64,000 nt of DNA from an uncultured delta proteobacterium (GTDB taxonomy: Bacteria; Desulfobacterota; Binatia; UBA9968), in NCBI GenBank assembly GCA_963745835.1, contig CAVUZH010000008.1, forward strand, positions 128,001 through 192,000. The letters run 5' to 3'. Of the stretch, positions 29,144 to 40,940 are shown one piece after another. Numbering within the stretch: the stretch's first letter is position 1; each line of letters opens with the position of its first letter. Made by a program: the position numbers and the translations under genes. The notes under the pieces were generated by a model. The model made no database searches, was not told where the DNA came from, and was given only the letters and a program-made list of their open reading frames with translations.

Positions 29144-30340
29144 ATGAATACGCTGGCGGAGAGAACTCTACTCATCAAACCTTCGGTGACTTTAGCGATT
29201 GCCGCAAAAGCAGGAAAACTTCGATCCCAAGGCATCGATGTGATCAATTTCTCTGCCGGAGAGCCAGACTTTGACACTCCTGATAGAATCAAAGCGGCTG
29301 CTATTGAAGCTCTGAAAAGAGGAATGACCAAGTATACCGATGTCAGAGGAATTGAACCGCTGCGGCAAGCCATTGCGCAAAAATACCTGAGCGACTACGG
29401 GCTCAGGTATCAAATAAGCGAAATATTGGTTAGCTGCGGCGCCAAACACTCCCTCTATAATCTTTTCCAGGCAGTCGTGAATCCCGGCGATGAGGTTCTT
29501 GTCCCAGCGCCTTATTGGGTGAGTTACGCGGACATGGCACTGCTGGCGGGCGGTGTGCCCAAAATCATTCAGACCAGCGAAGCCAGCGGATTTCGCATCA
29601 CCGCGCAACAACTCGCCAAGGCACTTTCTTCGCATACACGGGTCTTCGTACTGAACAGTCCCAGCAACCCCACTGGGGCCAGCTACGAAGAGACTGAACT
29701 GATGGCCATTGCGCAGGTTCTTGAGAGACACAATTGTCTCATTGTCACTGACGATATCTACGATAAAATCGTTTACGACGGGTTCACCATCCGAAACCTT
29801 GCCACGCTGGCGCCATCGTTGCGGGACAGGATCGTTATCGTAAACGGAGTATCAAAAAGCTATGCCATGACCGGTTGGCGCATCGGTTACGCACTCGGTC
29901 CGGCTGACATCATTGGCGCTGCGGCCAAGATTCAGAGCCAGAGCACATCAAACCCGACCTCCATAGCTCAAGCCGCTGCTCTCGAGGCGATTCAGGGGCC
30001 GCAGGAGGACGTGGCAATAATGCTCGGCGAGTTTGTTAAACGGCGAAATGTTGTCGTCGAGCGCCTTAATGCCATCAGCGGCGTACAATGCCTGAAGCCA
30101 CAAGGCGCCTTTTATGTTTTTCCGAATATCGCTGCTTTCATCGGCAAGAATGTGAACGGTAAAAGCCTGACTTCGCCATGCGATATCGCAGACTATCTGC
30201 TTGAAGAAGCAAAAGTCGCCGCGGTTCCCGGGGAAGATTTCGGCTCCAACGCGCATATTCGGTTATCGTATGCGACGTCCTTGGAAAACATTGAAGAGGG
30301 ATGCCGGCGCATGCGCGACGCGTTCGCGAAGATTCATTAG
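29144..30340 (+). CDS. class I PLP-dependent (aspartate) aminotransferase
   Basis: [32 protein letters not shown]. Confidence 0.92.
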   Translation: MNTLAERTLLIKPSVTLAIAAKAGKLRSQGIDVINFSAGEPDFDTPDRIKAAAIEALKRGMTKYTDVRGIEPLRQAIAQKYLSDYGLRYQISEILVSCGAKHSLYNLFQAVVNPGDEVLVPAPYWVSYADMALLAGGVPKIIQTSEASGFRITAQQLAKALSSHTRVFVLNSPSNPTGASYEETELMAIAQVLERHNCLIVTDDIYDKIVYDGFTIRNLATLAPSLRDRIVIVNGVSKSYAMTGWRIGYALGPADIIGAAAKIQSQSTSNPTSIAQAAALEAIQGPQEDVAIMLGEFVKRRNVVVERLNAISGVQCLKPQGAFYVFPNIAAFIGKNVNGKSLTSPCDIADYLLEEAKVAAVPGEDFGSNAHIRLSYATSLENIEEGCRRMRDAFAKIH

Positions 30341-30354
30341 CCACAAGCAGCTAT

Positions 30355-30781
30355 TTAGGGTTTCGGCCGCTTGTCCGGTCTTTTTATATCTGAAATAATC
30401 CGCCAAAATCTTTGCATGATCGAAAACTATCGGACTAGGAAGCTCGTTTTCGATGAATACTTTGGCATCTTTAGCATCGTCGGCTCCCTGTGGAGCGCCG
30501 TCGGCAATCGCCAAGTAGACAGTTGAGGCCGTGTGATGTCGCGGATCCCTTTTCGGATCGGAGTAAGTATAGAACTGCTCGACGAGAGTGATATCAAGGC
30601 AGGTCTCTTCTTTGGCTTCCCGCACCGCGGCAATTTCCAGAGACTCTCCATAATCGACAAAGCCGCCCGGCAGCGCCCAGCCGTGCGGCGGATTTTTTCT
30701 TTCAACCAAGACAATTCCGCCGCTGGAGATTTCGATGATAGTATCCACCGTCGTCAATGGGGTTCGAGGTTTTTCACTCAT
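30355..30781 (-). CDS. NUDIX hydrolase; probable frameshift near the C-terminus
   Basis: [38 protein letters not shown]. Removing one base gives ...GQRPKP* and removes the overlap with the aminotransferase. Confidence 0.88.
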
Positions 30782-30844
30782 AAGCAATGCCTACCTTGAC
30801 TCCTCAGAAATCGCAAGGTACAACCAGTATCCGATACCAATTAT

Positions 30845-30921
30845 CGCGGGGTGGAGCAGTCTGGCAGCTCGCAAGGCTCATAACCTTGAGGTCCCGGGTT
30901 CAAATCCCGGCCCCGCAACCA
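30845..30921 (+). tRNA. tRNA-Met (initiator, CAT anticodon)
   Basis: cgcgggg...caagg-ctCATaa-ccttg...ggttcaaatcc...ccccgca-acca; C1:A72 mismatch, encoded CCA; TTGACT-17-TACAAC promoter upstream. Confidence 0.95.
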
Positions 30922-30924
30922 CGC

Positions 30925-30952
30925 AAGGAGGCTCCATGAGCCTCCTTTTTTT
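30925..30952 (+). terminator. rho-independent terminator after the tRNA
   Basis: aaggaggctc-cat-gagcctcctt followed by a T-run. Confidence 0.85.
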
Positions 30953-31051
30953 CAGCCAAGATAAGCCGCGAAGACTCAATGCACAAGCTCATTCGGGACT
31001 TAACCTCCCGCTATTCTAAATTGGATTGAACGCTTGCTTTCTCTAAGTTAT

Positions 31052-31696
31052 ATGGTCACCTCTCTTGCCACATGGATTTTGCTGATTCTTTTCACACCCG
31101 CAGCAGCATCGAACCACTATACGGAAAAGCAGCTTGATGCGCTGGAGGCGCGAGTCGGCAAGATCTTCTGGATATCAGCGGTTGAGGGAAAACTCCCGTC
31201 CTTCGTGAGATCTCCGACTCCTAATGCATCGGCATTAGACCCGGGAGCTAACGAATCCTTTGAAATTACTGAACTGGTCGGGCGGAAAGCTAGAAATCCT
31301 TATTACAAAGTAAAGTTTGAATCAGGAGCGGAGGGATACATTCATGCGCAAGCTTTTCACGAACAGTTTAACGCCACAATCCTCACAACTGATCCGTTAG
31401 CTGATGAAAAAAAGGCTTTGGAGGAAAAGAACCAAGCGGAAAAGGCGCGACTAGAATGGATTCAGAGTCAGCCTTGGTCGGCGGCCGTAAAGGAATCGGC
31501 CATCAAAGGCCAAGCCGTGCCTGGCATGACCGTAGGTGAGGTCAAAAGAGTTGTTGGTGATCCCCGACGGGTAAGTCGCATTAAAGGTCCGCAACATACA
31601 AGTGAGGAGCATTGGTTTTATCCGGACGGCACCCTGCTGATATTCCGCGACGGCGCGCTCAATCGTTTGGAAAGGACCAAAAAAAACGAGCGTTGA
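31052..31696 (+). CDS. hypothetical exported protein
   Basis: Signal-peptide-like N-terminus; C-terminal GMTVGEVKRVVGDP...EHWFY resembles SmpA/BamE-like folds. Confidence 0.65.
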   Translation: MVTSLATWILLILFTPAAASNHYTEKQLDALEARVGKIFWISAVEGKLPSFVRSPTPNASALDPGANESFEITELVGRKARNPYYKVKFESGAEGYIHAQAFHEQFNATILTTDPLADEKKALEEKNQAEKARLEWIQSQPWSAAVKESAIKGQAVPGMTVGEVKRVVGDPRRVSRIKGPQHTSEEHWFYPDGTLLIFRDGALNRLERTKKNER

Positions 31697-31718
31697 TTAC
31701 TGCATCACACTTCAGGAC

Positions 31719-32207
31719 TTAGAGTTTCTTCAGTCTTCCTTGACGTTGTCGTTCGGTTTTGGCAAGGCGCTTTGGGTTTCCCTTCTTGTTCGGCCGGCGC
31801 TCGCCTTCGTAGCTGCCGCCATCTGCTGTTAATTCCAGATTGCGCAGGATTCGGCTGAACTCATCTGCATAAACTGCGGCTGCGCCGAACTTTTCCACCG
31901 CCCTCCGCACCTCACGATCGGAAGTAACTACAACACATCCGCTCCCTTTTGCTCGCGCCAGCCGAACGATGACGCTGTCGGCCTTCTCTCCCTGCCGGGA
32001 AAAAACAATGCGGACTCCGTGTTTGTTTTCCGAGACCTCGTCGATCAATCCCGTTTTCCAGCCATCGAACACAAGGACAACAGTATGACCCCGAACCTGT
32101 TGGTAAAGCAAAAGGCGTTGAAGCAGCCAGTCTCTTTGGTGCTCGAGGTCACCTCTTAAACCGCGCTCGCTACCGATCAGATTGTATCCGTCTATGATGA
32201 TGTTCAT
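31719..32207 (-). CDS. NYN domain ribonuclease (YacP/Rae1-like)
   Basis: IIDGYNL, VFDG, ADSVI, VVTSDR. Confidence 0.88.
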   Translation of the reverse strand: MNIIIDGYNLIGSERGLRGDLEHQRDWLLQRLLLYQQVRGHTVVLVFDGWKTGLIDEVSENKHGVRIVFSRQGEKADSVIVRLARAKGSGCVVVTSDREVRRAVEKFGAAAVYADEFSRILRNLELTADGGSYEGERRPNKKGNPKRLAKTERQRQGRLKKL

Positions 32208-32312
32208 GGAAATACCCTACTACACTCACGATTAGAGGGCTTTTGAAATGGTTGTCAAAACTGGAAAAACCAGGTAAAACCAGTGCGATTTTACCATGGA
32301 GGATCACGGAAG

Positions 32313-33485
32313 TTGCCCATTTTGATTAAAAAAGCCAAGCGGATTAACGATTTACCGCCTTATCTGTTTGCCGAAATCGACCGGCGAAAACGTGAGGCGC
32401 TAGCCCGGGGTGTCGACCTAATCGACTTAGGCATCGGAGATCCAGACATCCCCACTCCGGCGGCGGTTGTCGAGAAGCTGATTGAAAGGGCCACTGTCCC
32501 GGTAAACCATCGTTATCCGAACAGTTCAGGTCTATCTGAGTTTCGTCAAGCAGTGGCGAATTGGTATCAGCGGCGCTTCGGTGTAAAACTCGATGCCGCG
32601 AAAGAGGTCGTATCACTGATCGGCTCCAAAGAAGGGATCGGAAACATGGCTGTGGCCTACGTCGATCCCGGCGACATTGTCCTGGTGGCCAGTCCCTGTT
32701 ACCCGGTCTACCATATTGGTACGGCGTTTAGCGCCGGCCGAAACTACTTTTTACCGCTAAAAAAAGAGAACCAGTTTCTACCCGATTTGGATTCCATCCC
32801 CGGTGACATCGCCAAACAGGCCAAACTCCTTTGGATCAACTATCCCAACAATCCGACTGCGGCGGTCGCCGACCGGGATTTCTATAAAAGAGTTATCGAT
32901 TTCGCCACCAAGAACAACGTCATCGTCTGCCACGATGCTGCGTACACGGAAATGGGTTTCGACGGATATCGGCCGATGAGTTTTCTCGAAGTCGACGGGG
33001 CCAAAGAGGTCGGTATTGAATTCCACTCATTGTCAAAGACATTCAATATGACCGGGTGGCGCATCGGTATGGCGGTCGGTAACCCGGATATCGTCAGCGG
33101 GTTGGCACAAGCGAAGTCCAACCTCGATTCAGGTATTTTCCAGGCGATCCAAGAAGCCGGTATCGAGGCGTTAAAACTGGGCGACAGCATCATCGAGCCC
33201 TCCAGAAAAATTTACCAAGAGCGACGCGACATACTCGTTTCTGGACTGCGCGCGGTAGGATTGGACTGCGAAAAACCTCGCGCCACCTTCTACGTCTGGG
33301 TGGCTACTCCGAAGGGTCTGTCTTCCGCTGAATTTACGGCTAAGCTACTGGACGAAGCGGGCGTTGTAACCACTCCCGGAAACGGCTTTGGCGATGCTGG
33401 TGAGGGCTATGTCCGCTTTACGGTATGTGTCGATCAGCAACGTTTGAGGGAGGTCGCGGAAAGAATCCGGCAGGTTAATCTTTAG
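32313..33485 (+). CDS. dapL: LL-diaminopimelate aminotransferase
   Basis: LPPYLFAEID, LGIGDPD, LIGSKEG, NYPNNPT, HDAAY, EFHSLSKTFNMTGWRIG. Confidence 0.85.
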   Translation: MPILIKKAKRINDLPPYLFAEIDRRKREALARGVDLIDLGIGDPDIPTPAAVVEKLIERATVPVNHRYPNSSGLSEFRQAVANWYQRRFGVKLDAAKEVVSLIGSKEGIGNMAVAYVDPGDIVLVASPCYPVYHIGTAFSAGRNYFLPLKKENQFLPDLDSIPGDIAKQAKLLWINYPNNPTAAVADRDFYKRVIDFATKNNVIVCHDAAYTEMGFDGYRPMSFLEVDGAKEVGIEFHSLSKTFNMTGWRIGMAVGNPDIVSGLAQAKSNLDSGIFQAIQEAGIEALKLGDSIIEPSRKIYQERRDILVSGLRAVGLDCEKPRATFYVWVATPKGLSSAEFTAKLLDEAGVVTTPGNGFGDAGEGYVRFTVCVDQQRLREVAERIRQVNL

Positions 33486-33506
33486 GATTGTTCCACCAAG
33501 GGCATC

Positions 33507-34010
33507 ATGGCAACTGCGGTCGCACATCAGGTCTACATCGGGATCGGTTCCAACCTCGGCAAGAAGAAAGACAACTTTCTCGAGGCGCTAGACCGGTTAG
33601 CGAAGCTTCCCGATACGAAAATCCTGAAGGAATCTTCTCTTTATGAAAGCGAGCCCTTGGGAGATTCAACGGATTGGTATGTTAACGGCGCCATCGAAAT
33701 AGAAACTAAATTCAAACCCGAGATGCTACTCAACAAATTCAAAAACATTGAACGGGCCATGGGACGGAAGAAGGTCAAGAAACGCTGGGGCGCTCGCATC
33801 ATCGATTTGGATATCTTGCTCTACGATGCATTGGTGATGAAGAAAAAAAACTTGCACATACCCCACCCCGAGATGCCGAACCGAAAATTTGTTTTGATAC
33901 CGCTCAGTGAAATCGCCCCTCAAGTAATTCACCCGGAGCTCGGGGTGACGATCTCAGAGCTACTTGTCAATGTCAAAGACGACAAAAAAATCCATCTCTT
34001 TCACCCTTGA
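33507..34010 (+). CDS. folK: 2-amino-4-hydroxy-6-hydroxymethyldihydropteridine diphosphokinase
   Basis: YIGIGSNLG, RWGARIIDLDIL, IPHP, RKFVLIPL. Confidence 0.95.
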   Translation: MATAVAHQVYIGIGSNLGKKKDNFLEALDRLAKLPDTKILKESSLYESEPLGDSTDWYVNGAIEIETKFKPEMLLNKFKNIERAMGRKKVKKRWGARIIDLDILLYDALVMKKKNLHIPHPEMPNRKFVLIPLSEIAPQVIHPELGVTISELLVNVKDDKKIHLFHP

Positions 34011-34279
34011 GAGTGGAACCGGGCACTGTTAGACAAACCAAAGTGTTACTTCGCTTGCTTCTATTTGTCGTCGTCGCGTGGATTGTAATTACCGCCATGC
34101 GAGCCTATTTGGTCGCCCGCAAGAGCTCTACGCGCCACCCAAATTTGGCCGAATCCAAGGGAGAAGAGATGGTGTTGGATCCGCAATGCCAGAGTTATGT
34201 TCCGAAGAGCGAGGCGTTATCACGAAAAGGAAATTACTATTGTAGTGAGAAATGCGCTGCATTGCATCTAACTGGCTAG
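34007..34279 (+). CDS. small membrane-anchored protein with TRASH/YHS-like Cys motif
   Basis: N-terminal TM; EMVLDPQCQSYVP...YYCSEKC. Confidence 0.75.
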   Translation: MRVEPGTVRQTKVLLRLLLFVVVAWIVITAMRAYLVARKSSTRHPNLAESKGEEMVLDPQCQSYVPKSEALSRKGNYYCSEKCAALHLTG

Positions 34280-35689
34280 CCCCGATAAAATTTTGTCCTG
34301 CACCCCGTCAAACGCACCGTTTGACATCACCAGTATGATATCGCCCGCGCTGGCATGGGCCGCCACATGAGCGGCAATGTTATCGGCGCCGTTGATTACG
34401 ATCCCCTGCTCGTGCCCGGCGGATTGATTGATCGATTCGACGACACGCTCCACCGATAATCGTTCTGCTTCGGGAATCTTCTCGGGCTGATGAAGGCCGG
34501 AAACGACAACCCGGTCCGCCAGGGACAATGACAGTGCGAACTCGCGCTCGAAAATATTGCGTCGGCTGGTGTTACTCCGCGGTTCGAAAACCGCCCACAC
34601 TCGTCGCCCGGTGAAGGCGTCCTTCACGGCTTTGATGGTTTCCGCAACGGCGGTCGGGTGATGCGCAAAGTCGTCTATGACTAAAACGCCGCGGTTCTCG
34701 CCTTTAAACTCCTGCCGCCGTTTGACGCCTGAAAAAGAGGCGAAGCCCTCGAGCAGTTTACTCCGGTCCATGCCTAATTCTCGGGCCAAAACATAGACGC
34801 CCAAGGCATTCTTCACGTTATGCCGGCCGATGGCGCCAAGCTCCACCTTACCCTCACTAACTTTTCTAAAGCAGGGATCAAAGTAACTCCGACGCCCTTC
34901 GGTTCGGACAGTGCGCACCGTCCAATCACAATTTTCGTCATCGCCATACGATACGACCCGGCAAGAACCGGCGTTCACGACTTCTCGCGCTGCAGGATAA
35001 TCGTAGCAGGCAACTAGCATTCCGCTGACGGGGATGAGCCGAGCCAGAGCTCGAAAAGCCTCCTTCAGGTGATCCAAATCGCGATAGATGTCTGCGTGAT
35101 CAAATTCTACGCTGGTAAGAATAACGCTTTGCGGGCGGTAGTGGAGAAACTTCGGGCCTTTATCAAAGAAGGCACTATCGTACTCGTCGCCCTCCAAAAC
35201 CACGTGATCGCTCTCACCTGGATCCCAGCCGCTGCCAAAATTAAGCGGCACGCCGCCGACAAAAAACCCCGGGTTAAGGCCGGCGCGTTTCAGCACCCAA
35301 GCCGCCAAAGCCGTCGTGGTCGTTTTGCCGTGTGTGCCAGTGACAACGATAGACTGGCGCGCGCCGATCAAGAATTTTCCGAGAGCTTGCGGGAATGAAA
35401 GATAGGGGATCTTGCCATCCAGAACAGCTTCTGCTTCAGGATTGCCCCGCGAAACAGCGTTGCCGATAATCACCAAGTCAGGCCGATCGGCAAGATGTTG
35501 CGCGTTAAATCCAATTTGTACATCGATTCCGGCTTGCGCCAGATAGGTGCTCATCGGCGGGTAGACATTCTGATCCGAGCCGGTGACACGATATCCCTGA
35601 TCCTTAAGAAGACCCGCCAATGACGCCATCCCGACTCCGCATATGGCGATCAAATGTATGTGACTTCCTGTGGCTGGTAGTTCGTTCAT
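34268..35689 (-). CDS. mpl: murein peptide ligase
   Basis: HLIAICGVGM, NVYPPMS, GTHGKTTT, EGDEYDSAFFDKGPKFLHY, DDFAHHPTA, EPRSNT. Confidence 0.93.
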   Translation of the reverse strand: MNELPATGSHIHLIAICGVGMASLAGLLKDQGYRVTGSDQNVYPPMSTYLAQAGIDVQIGFNAQHLADRPDLVIIGNAVSRGNPEAEAVLDGKIPYLSFPQALGKFLIGARQSIVVTGTHGKTTTTALAAWVLKRAGLNPGFFVGGVPLNFGSGWDPGESDHVVLEGDEYDSAFFDKGPKFLHYRPQSVILTSVEFDHADIYRDLDHLKEAFRALARLIPVSGMLVACYDYPAAREVVNAGSCRVVSYGDDENCDWTVRTVRTEGRRSYFDPCFRKVSEGKVELGAIGRHNVKNALGVYVLARELGMDRSKLLEGFASFSGVKRRQEFKGENRGVLVIDDFAHHPTAVAETIKAVKDAFTGRRVWAVFEPRSNTSRRNIFEREFALSLSLADRVVVSGLHQPEKIPEAERLSVERVVESINQSAGHEQGIVINGADNIAAHVAAHASAGDIILVMSNGAFDGVQDKILSGLAS

Positions 35690-36821
35690 GGATTGATTGC
35701 CTGCATAATCAGATCGTGAATCTTCGGTCGAAACTGTTTAATTTTTTCATTGTTTCGATTCGGGTGAACGCGATTGGTCAATAGAATCACATGACAATTC
35801 TTCTCCAAGTCCCACCATAGGGAGGTGCCGGTGAATCCAAGGTGCCCGACGGACCTGCGCGAGAAGTGCATTCCGCTGGAGGAGTTTTCCGGCGAAGGAG
35901 TGTCCCAACCCAATGCGTGCGTGAAATGAGGTACGGAATCATCCTTGGTAAAGAACTCTTGAACCAACCGCTGCGGCAGGAATGAATCGCAACCGCGCAG
36001 GCAGCGATCCAACTGAGCCACAAGTGTATGAATGTCGTGCGCGGAGGAGAACAAACCGGCATGCCCGGCAACCCCGCCCATTGCAAAAGCGTTATCATCG
36101 TGCACTTCGCCACAGAGAACTTTCTTCCGCCAAGGGCAAAGTTCTGTCGGCGCGAAGCTCATCCTCTTTAGGTTGGATTCGCGCATGTTGCAAATTGCGT
36201 CAAGTCGAGAAAAGTCGTCGAACGTAATTGAAACGGCTGGGAAATCCGCTCATGAAAGAAGGCGTCCAACTGCGAACCACTGATCGTTTCGATTATTTCG
36301 CCTAGGACCATGAATCCAAGGTCGCTGTAAACGGCTTGCGTCCCCGGCTCACTTGCTGAGGGTTCGCGGTGGACTTGTTCCAGAATGTAGTTTTTAGCCG
36401 CGCGGCTTCCGATAAATCCGGTTCTTCCACTCATTGCGCAGTGGATCACGTCCTCATAATAGGGTTTCCAGGCAGGCAGGCCGGATGTATGATTTAGCAA
36501 GTGGCGTATTTTTGTTCGGGTGTTTACGACCGGACGAAAGGTCGGCACAAATTGAGTTACCTGATCGTCAAGTTGGACTTTATTGTCATTGACCAGGAGC
36601 ATGATTGCGAGCGTCGTCGCCAAAGGCTTGGTTAAGGATGCGAGGTCAAAAATCGTCGACGAGCGCATAGGAGTCCTATCGGGAAGCAAACTGCGCCATC
36701 CAAAAGCTCGTTCATAAATTAGATCTTCTCCACGACCGATTAGCAGTACGGCGCCGGGAAATACGCCCTGCTTGACTGCTTCCTCAGTCGCGTTCTCAAC
36801 GGCATGGAAATCGATGGTCAT
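35686..36821 (-). CDS. serine hydrolase (beta-lactamase family, AmiE-like); frameshift near 36185
   Basis: FDLASLTK (SxxK), LLNHTSGL, YSDLGF / GEVHDDNA, AGHAGLFS, GHLGFTGT, LLTNRVHP over two frames. Confidence 0.85.
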
Positions 36822-36878
36822 TAGAAAATCAACTTTGGTTTGCGAGCCGGCGGGGTCTAGAGAAATGCTTTTCTAATC

Positions 36879-37790
36879 TTAACCCACTGGCGATTCGACC
36901 AACGAAAGAGATCGGCGGTTTCCGTCGAGTATCATTTTGACGCCGAACGGCAGGGTAATGTGCTCGCTTCCGTGTCCGGCCGGCATGCCCGTTAACACCG
37001 GATAAGGAGCCTGCGCAAACATCTCAGCAATGATTTGCACGACGCTCCTGGGCCCTTCGGCTTCACAGTTGGTGAAGTCGCCGAAAACCAACCCAGCGAG
37101 GCGATCGAGTTTTCCAGCCATCTTCAAATGCGTCAGCATTCGCTCTATTCGATAAGGCCGTTCACCAATGTCTTCTAAAAACAGCAGTTTGCCATCGGTT
37201 TGGATCTCGTAGGGCGTCCCGAGCGTTGTTACTAAAACAGATAAACAGCCCCCCATCATCTCACCCTCGGCTTTTCCGGTGCGTATGACCTCGCCTAACT
37301 CGATTTGCCATTCCGATTTGGCGCCGGTCAATAAGCACCAGAAACTCTTTTGAGTACGGTCGCTAAGTCCGCGCGCTAACTCCATCGCAACCATCGGTGC
37401 GTGAAATGTTACCATGCCAAACCGGCTATTGATCCAGTTCAGCAGAAACGTAATATCGCTATACCCGGCAAAAATCTTCGGAGCAGGACGAAAATTTGAC
37501 TGGATCAAATAGGGCAAAAGTTGTGCTGAACCAAATCCGCCACGAGCGCAGAAGATGGCGCTTATATCGCTTCGTTGAAAAAAATTGATTAGGTCATCGG
37601 CCCGGTTTCGTTCGTCTCCGGCAAGATAACCCTTGCTGTCGAGGATCCGAGAGGACAATTCGACTTCATAGCCCCGGTCTCGAATCGCCTGTACTCCCCT
37701 AAGCAGAGCATCTTGGTCAACACAGCCGGCCGGTGCCATAACGCCGATGCGGTGCCCTGGCCGTAACCTGGCTGGTTTTCTAAGCGTCAC
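36879..37790 (-). CDS. ldcA: LD-carboxypeptidase (S66)
   Basis: RGGFG, GYSDIT, LFLEDIGE, GHG. Confidence 0.9.
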   Translation of the reverse strand: MTLRKPARLRPGHRIGVMAPAGCVDQDALLRGVQAIRDRGYEVELSSRILDSKGYLAGDERNRADDLINFFQRSDISAIFCARGGFGSAQLLPYLIQSNFRPAPKIFAGYSDITFLLNWINSRFGMVTFHAPMVAMELARGLSDRTQKSFWCLLTGAKSEWQIELGEVIRTGKAEGEMMGGCLSVLVTTLGTPYEIQTDGKLLFLEDIGERPYRIERMLTHLKMAGKLDRLAGLVFGDFTNCEAEGPRSVVQIIAEMFAQAPYPVLTGMPAGHGSEHITLPFGVKMILDGNRRSLSLVESPVG

Positions 37791-37794
37791 TTAC

Positions 37795-38087
37795 TTGTTC
37801 ACAACCTCTCGCATACTCTTCAAAGCCGTGCGCTTTTTGCCTGTGGATAACTACGCATCGTTTGCTAGAACTGCCGGCGGGAAAGCCCATGAGCATCGAA
37901 CATAGTGACAAAAAACCCTTAGATTCACAAGCTATTTTTTCCACCTTCGGCGGTAAGCGGGGTTATCAGATGCGGCCATTCGTTCGGGTTGACATCCGCG
38001 GCTAACGCGGATAGAAATCAACTGGTTCACTGCTTCTGCCCGGTCTTCAAACTAGCTGTTCGCAATTTATCAACAGCCTTTTCCACA
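37795..38087. promoter_or_regulatory. cluster of DnaA-box-like 9-mers in a divergent intergenic region
   Basis: TGTGGATAA 37842-50 (perfect), TTTTCCACA 38079-87, TTATCAACA 38067-75, TTGTTCACA 37795-803, TTTTCCACC 37937-45. Confidence 0.55.
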
Positions 38088-38090
38088 GCC

Positions 38091-38366
38091 ATGAAAATCA
38101 AGCCGGAACAGCTCGATAAGCTCGCCAAACTGCTTCTTGAAACCTATAGGTCTAAGGAATTAGTAAAGCCTAAGTGCGAAGACACAACAATCCTGGCCAA
38201 GATCAAGGGTGTGATCAGCCAAAACTTTGCCGAAGAGGAGGCTATAGAAGATGAGGCGCGCAAGATGCTCGCGGCACATGCTCAGGCAACTCGGGAAATG
38301 GACCACTTTAAAATGTTTCTGATTGCCAAACAGAAGCTGGCAGCCAAGAAGGGCTTTATTCTATGA
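38091..38366 (+). CDS. DUF507 family protein
   Basis: MKIKPEQ...EEAIEDEARKML...MFLIAKQKLAAKKGFIL. Confidence 0.8.
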   Translation: MKIKPEQLDKLAKLLLETYRSKELVKPKCEDTTILAKIKGVISQNFAEEEAIEDEARKMLAAHAQATREMDHFKMFLIAKQKLAAKKGFIL

Positions 38367-38641
38367 GCCGACTCTCCGAAAGCCGAATCTCACATCTGAG
38401 CCATCTGGTCGTTAGCGGAATCAAACGCGACGACCTAGCCGAGCTCCCGAACGAGGGCCGGGTGCTTTCCGAAACCAAACGCGTCTTACACGAGTTTTTT
38501 GAACGGGAAGATCAGTTCGACGAGTTAGTTCGGCAAAAAATCCAATCTCTATCCCGGCATATCCCACCTGGAAGCCGAGAATGGGACGTGTTGTATCGCA
38601 AGTATCTTGAGGAAGAGATGAGGCGTCAGAAAGACAAATGA
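38363..38641 (+). CDS. DUF507 family protein
   Basis: RLSESRISHLSH...KIQSLSRHIPPGSREWDVLYRKYLEEE. Confidence 0.85.
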   Translation: MSRLSESRISHLSHLVVSGIKRDDLAELPNEGRVLSETKRVLHEFFEREDQFDELVRQKIQSLSRHIPPGSREWDVLYRKYLEEEMRRQKDK

Positions 38642-38688
38642 CGCCGCTTTCTTCTCGTTGAAAACATCCAAATTTTCGCCGGATTCTC

Positions 38689-38716
38689 TTGACACGGTGG
38701 GATTAATGCTTAGATT
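38689..38716 (+). promoter_or_regulatory. putative promoter of groES-groEL
   Basis: TTGACA-16 bp-TAGATT. Confidence 0.5.
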
Positions 38717-38812
38717 GATCCCGCTTGGTGGTCCACTTGCTTCTGACGCAGAGCTGGACGGCGTTAGTCAGAAAATAATTAACATTTAGTCTAACACGAA
38801 AGGAGGCAAAAG

Positions 38813-39103
38813 GTGAAAATTAGGCCTTTGCAGGATCGCATCATTTTGAAACGGATCGCGGAGGAGGAGAAGAGTAAGGGTGGCATCATCATCCCGGATA
38901 CCGCCAAGGAAAAGCCGCAAGAAGGGCAGATTGTCGCGGTAGGTAAGGGAAAGGTAAACGACGACGGGAAAATCACCCCTCTCGATGTCAAAGTCAATGA
39001 TCGCGTGCTTTTTGGAAAATATTCCGGCAGCGAAATAAATATCGACGGCGAAGAACATTTGATCATGCGCGAAGACGACGTTCTCGGCGTAATCGAAAAG
39101 TAG
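38813..39103 (+). CDS. groES: co-chaperonin GroES
   Basis: [24 protein letters not shown]. Confidence 0.98.
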   Translation: MKIRPLQDRIILKRIAEEEKSKGGIIIPDTAKEKPQEGQIVAVGKGKVNDDGKITPLDVKVNDRVLFGKYSGSEINIDGEEHLIMREDDVLGVIEK

Positions 39104-40789
<1,686 letters not shown>

Positions 40790-40811
40790 GTAGAAAAGCT
40801 GTTAACGATCC

Positions 40812-40855
40812 AGGCCCGTTACGCCGCAGCCATGGCGTAACGGGCCTTTCTTTTT
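40812..40855 (+). terminator. rho-independent terminator after groEL
   Basis: aggcccgttacgcc / ggcgtaacgggcct 14-bp stem followed by a T-rich tail. Confidence 0.9.
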
Positions 40856-40940
40856 ACTCCGCTTGACAAGTCGATCGCTTAGTACTAGGGTTTAGTGTTA
40901 ATTTCTCCTTTTAATATCATAGCTTAGGGTAATTTCCGCG

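Noticed and set aside
30845-31696. tRNA as an integration site of a genomic island
   Set aside because: No integrase or duplicated tRNA 3' end seen; housekeeping genes resume immediately
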